64,000 bases of DNA, from positions 1 to 64,000 of the IMG/VR virus record IMGVR_UViG_3300042448_000646; one strand, 5' to 3'. Source of the stretch: a virus. Below the pieces are notes generated by a model. That model was not told the origin of the DNA and did not search any database. It saw only the letters and a program-made list of their open reading frames with translations. Both the position numbers and the translations under genes were made by a program. Below are positions 47,459 to 58,200 of the stretch, piece after piece. Position 1 is the first letter of the stretch. Every line of letters starts with the position of its first letter.

Positions 47459-50400
47459 ATGAACACTGGAAAAAATAGAGTTAAAGGTCTAAAGACTGAA
47501 CTTTTTAAGAAGAAGTATCAGACTGACCCTGTAGTAACAAACCCATCAGAGGTTGTGTTGAATGCACAGGGATCAAAGTTAAGGAATGGGCAGGTAAGTA
47601 AAATAGAAGGAAGAAGTTTGTCGGATATGGTCACAGACCAAACTAAACAATTTGAAGACAAACTAGCAAGTCAGCAATCCTACTTTAATAGATACCCTGT
47701 ACAAGGAACTGCTCCAAAGCAATATACTCCAGAACAGATAAAGGCAATGCGTGAAGCATTTCCAATGTCTCCTGAAGATTTCCAAACAGCTAATAGTTAT
47801 GGAATTACAGGTATTCCTGATCTAACTGCAGGTCAAGGAATTAATGATTTTCGTAATCAAGAACAAGTACTAGGTGCTACTGAACAGCTTACCTCTACTC
47901 CTAAATCACTTCAAAATTTCCAAGACCCTGCATTTAACGAAAGAGTAAAAGCAGCCTCTGAAGAATCTCTTAACGCTAAACCTAGTTTTGGGAATAATTG
48001 GAGAACTATGGTTAATGATACTGATTGGAGAAATGTAATTCGCACAGGTACAGGTCTAGTTTCTGCTACAAAGGGAATTTATGAGGATGTTCAAACCCGA
48101 GGAGACATAAACCAACGTATTCAGAATTTAAATGATAAACCTAGGTATATGCCTAATGAATACGAGTATATGGGAAAGCCTGGAAGTCAAAGTGTAATTT
48201 ATGCTAAAGACGGGGCTATGATTCGTAGAGGTACAGACTCAGGTGCAGAGGAAGCAGAGTTAGAACGTGGTGAGATGTTTATGTTGCCTAACATGGATAG
48301 CTATGTAGTAGGAGGAAAGAAGCACTCACAAGGTGGAGAAGATTTTGTTTTGCCTGAGGGCACTATTGTATTCTCAGACTACTTAAAAGTTCCTGGTTTA
48401 AAAACCACTTTTGCAGAAGAAGCTAAGAAGTTTGATATAACTAAATACAAAGAGACTCTTGAGAATCTTCATAGCAAGTCTGTAGATAGAACTACTGCTG
48501 AAGTAATGATGGGGCGTAACACAAAGAAACTTCAAGAGTTGTTTCAGATTCAACAAGGTATTAATGGGAACTCTAATGGAGAGATGGAACCTGAAGGTAT
48601 TAGGCAAGGACAAAAAGGTTTAGTTAGTGTAGGATCCGTAGTTGCAGCAAACCAACCTCAAACTGCTTCTATGGCTCTCACTCCTGAGCAACAAAAAGAA
48701 TACTATCATAATCAAGGGATGTTTGATAACCCTAGCTATACATATGAAAATCAAGTAAAAAAGGCTTTTCCTGAAAAGTCTTCAAGTTGGAAAGAACAAG
48801 ACTTGAGTATTGTAGCAGATGAGGCGGATGCATTAACTAAACAGATACAAGATAGAGTTCAAGCTGCAGAAAATAATAGAGTAGCGGCACAAGCAACTCC
48901 TAATCCATCTGGTACTTTAGGAGCAAATCCAGTAACAGTAGCAAATAGTGCAACTGAACTAGTTAATAAAACAGCTGACCCTAGTGCTGCAGGAACTGTA
49001 ACTAATTCAAATGCAACAGATCCTTCTTCAATGCATTACAAAACTTTACCTAATGGTAAAAAAGTATTTGTAGAAGGTCAAGGAGAATTTAAAGGAAAAA
49101 GTTATAGAGACCAGTACGGAGGAGATGTATTTAACTTAGTTAGAAACAGATTAAATGAATACGGAGAAACTTTAAACCCTACTCTTTTATCTGCTTACCA
49201 ACTACAGATAAAGGATAAGAACTTAATGGTAAAAGACTCTAACGAACTTGTAGATATTATGGAATCAGGAAACCATTCTTTAGATTCTATGAGACAATTC
49301 TACAAAGGTATTGGCATGGAAGATGTTTTGTTTAATCCTGAGTTAGATAGATCTAAAGATGGAAATGAAGCTCAAAAGAAATCAGCTCAATTATTTGCAG
49401 ACTATGTTAAAAGTCCTCAGTACCTAGCGGATGTTAAAGCAGGTAAAGCGTCTCCTTATATTCCTTGGTTAAAGACTCAACCAAAAGAAGTTAAAAATGC
49501 TAAAGGAGAAGTAACAGGATATACTTTAGACGCTCCTGAGATGAGTCAGGAGTTTACTCAAAAATATCAAGCAGCTTACAAAGCTTTTGGTGCAGTTAAA
49601 CAAACGCAGAAAGGAAAGTCCACAGACATGCTGAAAGGTTTTAGGATTGCTCCTGAAGGACTTTCAGATCACATGTGGATGGGACTTCCTATATCTCCTG
49701 TAGATGAATGGGGGGGTAATACAACAATTGGGCAGATTAGTGCTTTTGAAGATGAAGAGCCTAAGAAGCCCGAAAAACCTCCAGGAACCCCAGTAAAAAC
49801 TACTGATAATGGAAATACTTATAATAAGCAACTAGAAAATGCTACTATGGGTAAGTATACTCCTGAAGGTTTTGATTATCCTCAGTTAGCTCCAGAGATT
49901 TATGGAGCAGCGGCTAGTCAAATGTTTGCTTATGCTCCTATGGATTATAATGCACCATATGTAATGCCTCAGACTTTGAACATTCAACCTCAACTTCAAG
50001 ATGTAGATAGTTCATACATGGCTGCACTTAATGCAGGAGCTGATCCTAATAGTGCATTGATTGCTACTTTAGGTGCTAAACAAAAACTATACTCAGAGAA
50101 ACAAAACTTTGATGGACAGCAAAGAGCACAAGTAGACCAAATAAATGCAAGTGCTCGTTGGCAAGAAGATGTATCTGATATGCAGTCTTTGGATAAAGTA
50201 TACAATAGTTTAATTGCACAAGCCGATGATGCTGTTACTGCACAACGTCAAGCTTTAGTAAAATCAGCATCTGATAAAAGAGCTGTTTGGAAAATGGAAG
50301 AAGCTAGAAAACAATTCTGGTATAACAACTTTGTTAAGAGTTTTGACTACGACCCTAAGACACGTTCTATGGTTGTTAAGAAAGACGCAAGTAAAGAGTT

Positions 50401-50503
50401 TGTTAATCAACTTCAAACAGTCTATGGAGATGGGTTCTCAATTCCAGAAGTAACAGGAACTGAATCCTCTACTTCAAATACCACAACTACTAAAACCAAC
50501 TAA
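47459..50503 (+). CDS. Internal virion (cargo/ejection) protein
   Basis: The ATG at 47459 is preferred over the TTG at 47450. Contains EAELERGE...GKKHSQGG...IVFSDYLK and a helical C-terminus. Confidence 0.65.
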   Translation: MNTGKNRVKGLKTELFKKKYQTDPVVTNPSEVVLNAQGSKLRNGQVSKIEGRSLSDMVTDQTKQFEDKLASQQSYFNRYPVQGTAPKQYTPEQIKAMREAFPMSPEDFQTANSYGITGIPDLTAGQGINDFRNQEQVLGATEQLTSTPKSLQNFQDPAFNERVKAASEESLNAKPSFGNNWRTMVNDTDWRNVIRTGTGLVSATKGIYEDVQTRGDINQRIQNLNDKPRYMPNEYEYMGKPGSQSVIYAKDGAMIRRGTDSGAEEAELERGEMFMLPNMDSYVVGGKKHSQGGEDFVLPEGTIVFSDYLKVPGLKTTFAEEAKKFDITKYKETLENLHSKSVDRTTAEVMMGRNTKKLQELFQIQQGINGNSNGEMEPEGIRQGQKGLVSVGSVVAANQPQTASMALTPEQQKEYYHNQGMFDNPSYTYENQVKKAFPEKSSSWKEQDLSIVADEADALTKQIQDRVQAAENNRVAAQATPNPSGTLGANPVTVANSATELVNKTADPSAAGTVTNSNATDPSSMHYKTLPNGKKVFVEGQGEFKGKSYRDQYGGDVFNLVRNRLNEYGETLNPTLLSAYQLQIKDKNLMVKDSNELVDIMESGNHSLDSMRQFYKGIGMEDVLFNPELDRSKDGNEAQKKSAQLFADYVKSPQYLADVKAGKASPYIPWLKTQPKEVKNAKGEVTGYTLDAPEMSQEFTQKYQAAYKAFGAVKQTQKGKSTDMLKGFRIAPEGLSDHMWMGLPISPVDEWGGNTTIGQISAFEDEEPKKPEKPPGTPVKTTDNGNTYNKQLENATMGKYTPEGFDYPQLAPEIYGAAASQMFAYAPMDYNAPYVMPQTLNIQPQLQDVDSSYMAALNAGADPNSALIATLGAKQKLYSEKQNFDGQQRAQVDQINASARWQEDVSDMQSLDKVYNSLIAQADDAVTAQRQALVKSASDKRAVWKMEEARKQFWYNNFVKSFDYDPKTRSMVVKKDASKEFVNQLQTVYGDGFSIPEVTGTESSTSNTTTTKTN

Positions 50504-50509
50504 CAAATT

Positions 50510-52219
50510 ATGGCTATCTCAGCACAACATACACAATTTGTAACTAGTCCTTACGTAAACGCACTCCCCGCAGAAGACCTTATTAAGGTTGCTCTGAAAA
50601 AACAGGAGATGTATGATGAAGGGAAAAAACAAATTAAACAGAACTTAGATAACTATGGAAAGTTACGTAGTAATATCATTAACGAGAACGAACGGAACTA
50701 TTTTGACCAAGAGTTAAATAAAATGGTAAAGAACGTTCAGCAAAATGCTGGCTTAGACTTTTCTAACATGTCAAATGTAGAAGCTGTAATCAACTTAGGT
50801 AAGCCTTTTGAGAATGATAACTACATTAGAACTGCTCTTGACAACGGAGCAGAGTATCAACGTCGTCAGAAAGAATTAGCATCTGTACCTAAAGACAAAA
50901 GGAATGCAGATAATGATTTAGTTTATATGTACGATATCCAAAAGCACATTGAAGGTGGAGGACTTGGGCAAAAGTTACAAAAAAATGCAAGTTACACTCA
51001 GTATGTTGATATCAAAAAGAAGTTAGCAGATATTGAAAAAGATGTACAAGGGGAGATGTCTACTGTCTATCGTCAAGGACCTGCAGGATACATTGAGAAA
51101 GTAGACATAGAAAGAAAAACTAGAGAGCAGATTGCTGCTCGTATTTCTCAAAGTCTTACACCAGACGAACAAGCGCAGATTCAAGTGCATGCACAAGCTC
51201 AAATGTATCGTATGGGTAGTGATGTTGTTTATCAAACATGGGTAGGAGCAAACAAAGAAGAGGCATTAATGGCTGACCAAGAATCAAAGAAAGCAATGTA
51301 TGCTTTAGGAGATTTAAGGAAGATTAAGAATCCAACAGCTCAACAACTTGCAGATATGCAAAATGCTGAAAGAGTTATTAAAGAAGCTCAAGATATTAAA
51401 GCTGCTACTAGAGCTAATATTGACATGGATCCTGATGAGTTTGACATGGGCGAGTATCTTCCTTTCTTTACCAATAGATTCATTTCTGGTATTGCAGGAA
51501 ACCAAGTTAAAGAAGTAATTAAGACTGACTTAAAAGAAGACAAAGTCTACTTAAAGAATATGGAGCATCGTCAAACTATGTCAGAGATATATGCAAGAGG
51601 TGCTGAGGATAGAAAAAATGCTCAGTTTGAAAATGAACTCGAATACATAACACAAAGTGGAGCATCTACCAATCTTCTTAAAGGTATTAGTAAAGTAGTA
51701 ACTAACGTTACTGGAGCTACTGGATCCGATAAAGTAAATAGTATGATTGCTCAAGTTAGAGATAATGCTAAATTAGGTGCTACTGTTAAAGATAGAATGA
51801 CAAGTCAGTTAGAAACTTTAAAAAGAACTTATGAATATGCTGAAGCTAATAAAGATAAAGGATATGTGGTTAGCATCAATCGTAGTCTAGGTAATGGTTA
51901 TGTCACTAGTGTAGAAGATTTCTTATCGTCTGATCCTGTTCAACTTATTGAAAGTGGGGTTGCTAATTCTATCGAAGTACGTGCTAAGACAGCAGGTGGT
52001 AAGTCAGGCAGTAAGACTCCTGAACAAATAGAAGCTGAAGAAGGTGCAAAGACAAGAGGAGACTTAAATGCAAAAGCTAAATTCTTTGAAACCAACCCAG
52101 AGTTAGGTAAAATGCTTTTTGGTAAAACTGGTACTGCTAGTGGAGGAAGTGATAAACCACTGACTGCAGAAGACTTAAAGAACGCAGCTGAAGCAATTAA
52201 AAAGAAAAACGACGGATAA
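50510..52219 (+). CDS. Internal virion (cargo/ejection) protein
   Basis: N-terminal F..SPYV..LP.EDL......KQEMYD, helical body; precedes the two giant ORFs. Confidence 0.65.
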   Translation: MAISAQHTQFVTSPYVNALPAEDLIKVALKKQEMYDEGKKQIKQNLDNYGKLRSNIINENERNYFDQELNKMVKNVQQNAGLDFSNMSNVEAVINLGKPFENDNYIRTALDNGAEYQRRQKELASVPKDKRNADNDLVYMYDIQKHIEGGGLGQKLQKNASYTQYVDIKKKLADIEKDVQGEMSTVYRQGPAGYIEKVDIERKTREQIAARISQSLTPDEQAQIQVHAQAQMYRMGSDVVYQTWVGANKEEALMADQESKKAMYALGDLRKIKNPTAQQLADMQNAERVIKEAQDIKAATRANIDMDPDEFDMGEYLPFFTNRFISGIAGNQVKEVIKTDLKEDKVYLKNMEHRQTMSEIYARGAEDRKNAQFENELEYITQSGASTNLLKGISKVVTNVTGATGSDKVNSMIAQVRDNAKLGATVKDRMTSQLETLKRTYEYAEANKDKGYVVSINRSLGNGYVTSVEDFLSSDPVQLIESGVANSIEVRAKTAGGKSGSKTPEQIEAEEGAKTRGDLNAKAKFFETNPELGKMLFGKTGTASGGSDKPLTAEDLKNAAEAIKKKNDG

Positions 52220-55200
52220 TGATTTCTCCAGGAACTATACGAGCAGCATCTTTAGTTAGTAAGGGTGTCTCTCCCGAAGCGGCTTTAAGAACTGCTAATA
52301 ATATTGACATCTATACTGAAAATAGAAGAAGTTTTTTGGCTTCTAATCCTAGCACAACTACAGTTACTCCTAATATAAGTATTAATGGTAGTAGTACTAG
52401 TGGAGTTCCAAGTACAGTAGTAAATACTCCAACACCTAGCCCAATGGCCAAAGGAGTATCTCTAGGTAACATAAACTCTTCTCTTAGTAACGTAGCAGTT
52501 AAGGCTAGTAAAGATTTTACAAAAGACGAAGCAGATGCAATAAGTAAATTAGCAGCTAGTGTAGAAAATCCTATTAAAAAGAAAGCAATTGTTTTTGGAG
52601 ACCCTACAGCTTTAATAGATGATCAAGCAACTTCTGAGGGGTTAGCTAAACTTAGCCCTAAACAATTAGGACAACTAGGAGCAAATCTTCAATCTACTTT
52701 ACACCAGAATTACATTGACAATCTTCCTAATGCTTCAAGTAAAATTAATTTTGTTCCTGATCAATACAAGAATAAGAATTACGAGAAAGAATTAATTAAG
52801 AGTTTAGATAAGTTATACATTGACTATAACAGTGGTTTGATGGATTCTCCTACAGTTGCAGGTTTGATGAAGGCAGAACACACTAAAAGATTAAGTAGTT
52901 ACCAAGGACTTGTAAAAGGGTTTACAACTTCAAAAGATTTTAATGGGCTATCAAAGAGCTATGAAGGTTTAATTAGTGAACTAGATCTTCAAGATAAAAA
53001 TGCCACTGATGAATTTGAGAATGCACAAAGACAATACAATCGAGGTAAGTCAGATATAAAACAAACTTCTTTAACTGTTGGGCAAGGTTCTCAAGATTAC
53101 CAAAGAAACAAGAATAAATACAAAGCATTAAAAGAAGAACTATCTAGCGTATATAATAAACGAGCTAATGCTATGTTAGCTAATGAAGTTTTAGACGTAA
53201 TTGATACTAGATATAAAGAAGCTTCAAAGGTTAATCCACAGTTATCTAAAGAAAAGTTTTTTGAGCAACAGCAAAAACAATATGGATTAGATAAGAGTGC
53301 ATTTGGACTTGGTCAGATATTAGTAGAGTCAGGAAGATTTGAAAGCTACCAAGATTATATTCGTTTCACTAATCCTACTAAATATTCTAAAAAGTCAACT
53401 GCATCAGGAAGAGAACAAGGGTTTACATTAGAAGACCCTTTTGTAAAAAATAACACAGAGGCCTTAGACCTTAGTAGATCTTACGAAGGTATGTCTAAAG
53501 TGCAAGGCTATGACCAAACTAGAAATAGAGAAACAGGTAACTATAAATATAACGATACTAAAGATGATCTTATTTTTAGCGGTATTAAGTTTGCTCAATC
53601 AATTTCAGAAGAACTAGACAATAGAACTATTAAGTCAATTAAAGAACGTGAGCAATTAAAATTAAATTACAATAAAAAAGAAATGCTGGGTACGTCTACT
53701 AAAGAAGACAAACAGCAATACGAAACTCGACTAGCAGAGTTAGATAGTCAAGTAGAGTATAGTGATACTTTTAGCAAAACAATTCCAGAAGTATACAAGT
53801 ACGATAAGATAAAAAACAATGAGCTGATAAAAAGTTTTGCGGAAGATCGTAGATTGTTTTTAGATAAACAAAAAAATTGGAATGACTTAAAGAATGCTCC
53901 CGTACAAACTGCTTGGTATGAAGATGTAGCCTTAAGTATGATGGTTGGAAACTTTAGTACAACTCAAACAGGAGCTTATTGGAATGAACTTGGTAATCGA
54001 GTATGGGGGAAATCACTTGGTATGGGTGCTGACATTGCAAAGTTTACTGACCAAACATTATTAAATGAAACGTTAGGAGTTCCTAAGAGTGCTAGTTATA
54101 ACGATAGAAACCAATTCTATAATTATATGAGGCAACGTTTAGATGTTCCTGAAGTAATTGATGAACGGGCAAGTTTAATGGCAGGCAAGCCCATTAGAAG
54201 TACAACAATCTTTTGGACAGATCCAGCAGCAAGTTGGTACAATCCTACGGGTTGGAATTTTAGTTGGAAAGGTACTTTAATGACAGGAGCTGAAACCTTA
54301 CCACAACTATATGCTTTCTCAGGAGCAGGTAGAATAGCACAGAATTTAGGAGGAGGTTTTTTAAAAGCTGGATTAACTAGCGGGATTACTGCTTCATTAC
54401 TAGGGGAAGCTAATGCTGCTAGGTTTGCATTGACCTTACAAAAGACAGGAAATACAGCTGCTGCTTGGAGTAATACATTTAGAAACAGTAACAATGTTTT
54501 TTTAAAAGAAGCATTGGCAGATCGTATTCCTTCTGCTTTAGGTATGGCTACAGTAATGTATCCAGAACAATATAATAGAACTTTAGAAAGATTAGAAATG
54601 CAAGGGGTTAAAAATGCACGTAGCATTGCAACCAATGTAGCTTTGCTAAGTACAGGTATTGAACTTATTGCTGAGAATATTATTCCTAACATTAGATACC
54701 TAGATGACTTTGCTGAAAAAGGAACTGGGTTTAAAAGTCTTTTAGGAAAAGCAGGAGCAAAAAGTTGGATAGGTAACTTTGACCAATACCGTGCATTGTA
54801 CTCTGGAGTACTTGGAGATAAGTTTTCAGAGAAGTCAATTAATTATTTAGCTCGTAACTCTGCAGAACTCTTTGGTAAAGTAGGAGCAGCAGGTAGATTC
54901 TATGCGTCACGTGGGGCAGAGGAAGGTACAGAAGAAGTATTTTCAGAACTTGTTAATGGTGTAATTGATGCTAAGACTAGTTATGCTAATTACAGACAGG
55001 AAGCCCCCAATGAATTAAGTTTTGATAGTATTGTAAATGCTTTTGCTGGAGGATTCTTTGTTCCTTCTGCAGGTGCTAGTAATCAGATGAAAATATACAC
55101 TGAGAATAAAAAATATTCTGCAATGTATGACATGATGATTAACTCGGATTACTACAAGAACAAAATCAATACAGCATTCAAAGCAGGTGAGATTAATCAG

Positions 55201-58200
55201 GAACAGGCTACTAACATGTTAAGTAGGATTCAAGATTTAGTTTCAGTTGCAGATGAGTTTGGTGTACAAAATTTAAAGAGACGCCCTGATGCTGCTAAAT
55301 TTACTGCTGACTTAGTTAATGATGAGGATAAACAGTTTGATTATTTTAAACAAGTACTTAAGGTAAGAGGTATTGAAGAAAAGTTTGGTAAGGACAATGC
55401 TGTTATAAAAGATGAAGAACGCAATGCATTACTTGCTGAGTCTGGAGAAGCGACTAAAAGAATTGATAAGTATAAAAGACAAGTGTCAGTATTTGAGAGT
55501 ATGTCTGATGATCAAAAGACTCAGATAGTCAATGACACTATTGCAGCTAAAGTTCAGACTGCTAAGTTTTCATCTACTACACAAATATTATCTGAGTCTA
55601 TCGAGAACGCAGACAATCAACTTGCACGTGCTATTCAACAGAAAGCTCCAGAGACTCGCATTAGTGCTCTAAAAGAATATCGTAATGCTTTAATACAAGT
55701 TTCTGAAGATAGAGCATCTGGAAAACAAATTGCTTTAGATAGAGGAACTTATAATCCCGTTATCAATGCTGTCACTTCTACAGGAGAAGCAGCGCCTTTA
55801 GATTTGTCAGAAGTAAGGACGGGAGAAGATGCTATAGATGTAGTAGTACAATCCATGTTAGATCCTGAAAATGGTATGGATATGTATTATCATATTACAG
55901 GACAAACCCAACAAAGTTTAGAGCAAGTAAAACAAGATAAAGAAAATCTTATTGATAATTTCTTAGATTACTTAGAGCAAACTGAAGGAGGAGCTACTGT
56001 TGATAATACAAGAGAAAGTACAACTACTACTGCTGATAGCGCTGCAGAGAGAGTTAAGTATAAAACTATTTCAGATTTGAACGATTCTCAAAAAGATATG
56101 TTTGAGGATTTAGCAGAAAGAATAGACGATGAACTGTCTGACCTACAAACAAAAGTAGAAAAGTATGATTCTGTTTTAACTCAAGTTTTACAGCATGGGG
56201 CTCTCAATGCGAATATGTCACTAGAACAACAAGAGAAGTTTAGTGATCTTATATTTAAAAAGTTTGCAGCAGTTAAAAAAGTTGGGTTTAAGACTAGCCA
56301 AGATAGAGGTTCAGAATTATTTGACCTACAAGATTTTGGTTTATACTTAGGAAGAAATCAAAAAGAAATTGAGAAAGCATCAAATGAGATTGATGCCGCA
56401 GTTAAGAAAGAAGAAAATGCCCAACAAATTCAAAGAGAAGAAATATCTTTAGATGGTTTGGGAAATGTAGATGCTATTGAAGAACTAACAGTTCCAGAAC
56501 TTACTCCAGAAGACATTACTGATTCTTTTACTAGTAACTTAAGTCTACTAGAAAGTATAGTAGAGCAGCAACAAGTAGAAGTTGTAGAGAATCAAATTAC
56601 AGGAGAAGTAGATACTTTGGTTGATTTGCCTAAAGAACGTTCTAGAATCATTAGTGCTTTAATAACAGAGATGGCAATGAATCCTGATATCAAAGGAGCT
56701 CAAGCTATGATGGCTGCAGTAATGCAAGTCTTAGGTAAATCTAATCAAGAGATTGCAAAGACTTTATCTCAGATGGCAGAGATAGCAGAAAACAAACCAG
56801 TCAATGAATCCGATTATACGCATATGTTTAATCTGTATCAATTGGCTCGTATGACTGAGAATGTTCCTGCAAGTACTGAAGCAATTGAAAATGCGGCTGA
56901 GGATTTAACTACAGTAGAACCTGTTGTTGTAGATCCGATTATAGAACCTATAGTTGAAGTTATTCCAACACCTGTTGTTACGCCTCCTGCTACAGAGAAT
57001 CAAAAAGATGAGTTAGCAGATAAGACACAAATATCTTCTACTACTCCTATGTTTAGACCTACTAGTAAAAAAGACTCTATTAATCTTGTTAGTTACGAGA
57101 TACAAGAAGCAATTATTTTTGGATTAAACAAAGAGATTAGAGACAAGAAAGATGTAAACACCGCCATAGTAGATTTATTTACTATGATAGATGAAGTTCT
57201 TGGAGAAGAAACTCTTGCAGGTTTAGAAAAAGTTTTTAATGAAGCTGTTAGTTTGGCTGTAGGAGAACAGAAGTTACAAGAGTTACGTGCAGAATTTATG
57301 TCTTTGTTTCCTAACGGATTCTTAAGACAAAGTGTATTGGACTATATGTTTGATCAGATTATTGTTAACAAAGCTGCTCAGTCTGATATTACGGAAAAAG
57401 GAAAAGAAAAACTAGATGCCAGTGATGAAGAACTAATTGCTCTTAACAAAAACAGAGCAGTATCAATTGAGATGGCAGATGGGCGTAAGTTTGCTAAAGT
57501 TAAAGTAGTAAGTAAAGATGGAATATTGTTATATGCAGTAGAGGAAGGGAAGGAAGATGGCAAAACACTTTGGTTAAAAGTAGATAGAACTAAAGACAAA
57601 ATCATTGGACTTAAGTATCCTATCTTAGGAACTAGACCTATTCAATTTACTGACTTAAATGCTTTGTTGTTTACTGTACTTGATAATAATGGCAATGTGC
57701 AGAAGTACGGAGAGGACGGGAACAGAAATGAATCAGGAGATAAATCTCTAGCATTTTATTTGCCTACTGCTAAATATAAAGCAGAACCTACAGAAACGCA
57801 GAAACAGTTTAGCGGGCTAAGACAAAAGATAGTAGCTGGAGACAGAGTAAAAGTAAGTGCTCCTGTAAAAGGTATGTCTGTAAGTAAAGGAGTAGTTACT
57901 ATTGAACAACCTGATGGTTCTACTATAACTAAGAATACAGACTATGCACTTGAGTTTAGTACTGAGAACCTATCTATAAAGGAACAAGCCCCAAGTGAAG
58001 CTACTCAATTTGCTCAAGCTAAAGAAGCAAAAGTTATAAGTGAGAACATCCCACCGACACAAGCAACTACAATTGCTGCTGTTGAGAAAATGATTGCTGA
58101 TTCTAAAAAGATTCCTGATCCAAGTAAAGAAGGTTATCTTATTAATGGTAAACGTTATGAAAGACAATCTAATTTTGTTAAACGAGCCTTAGGAGATACT

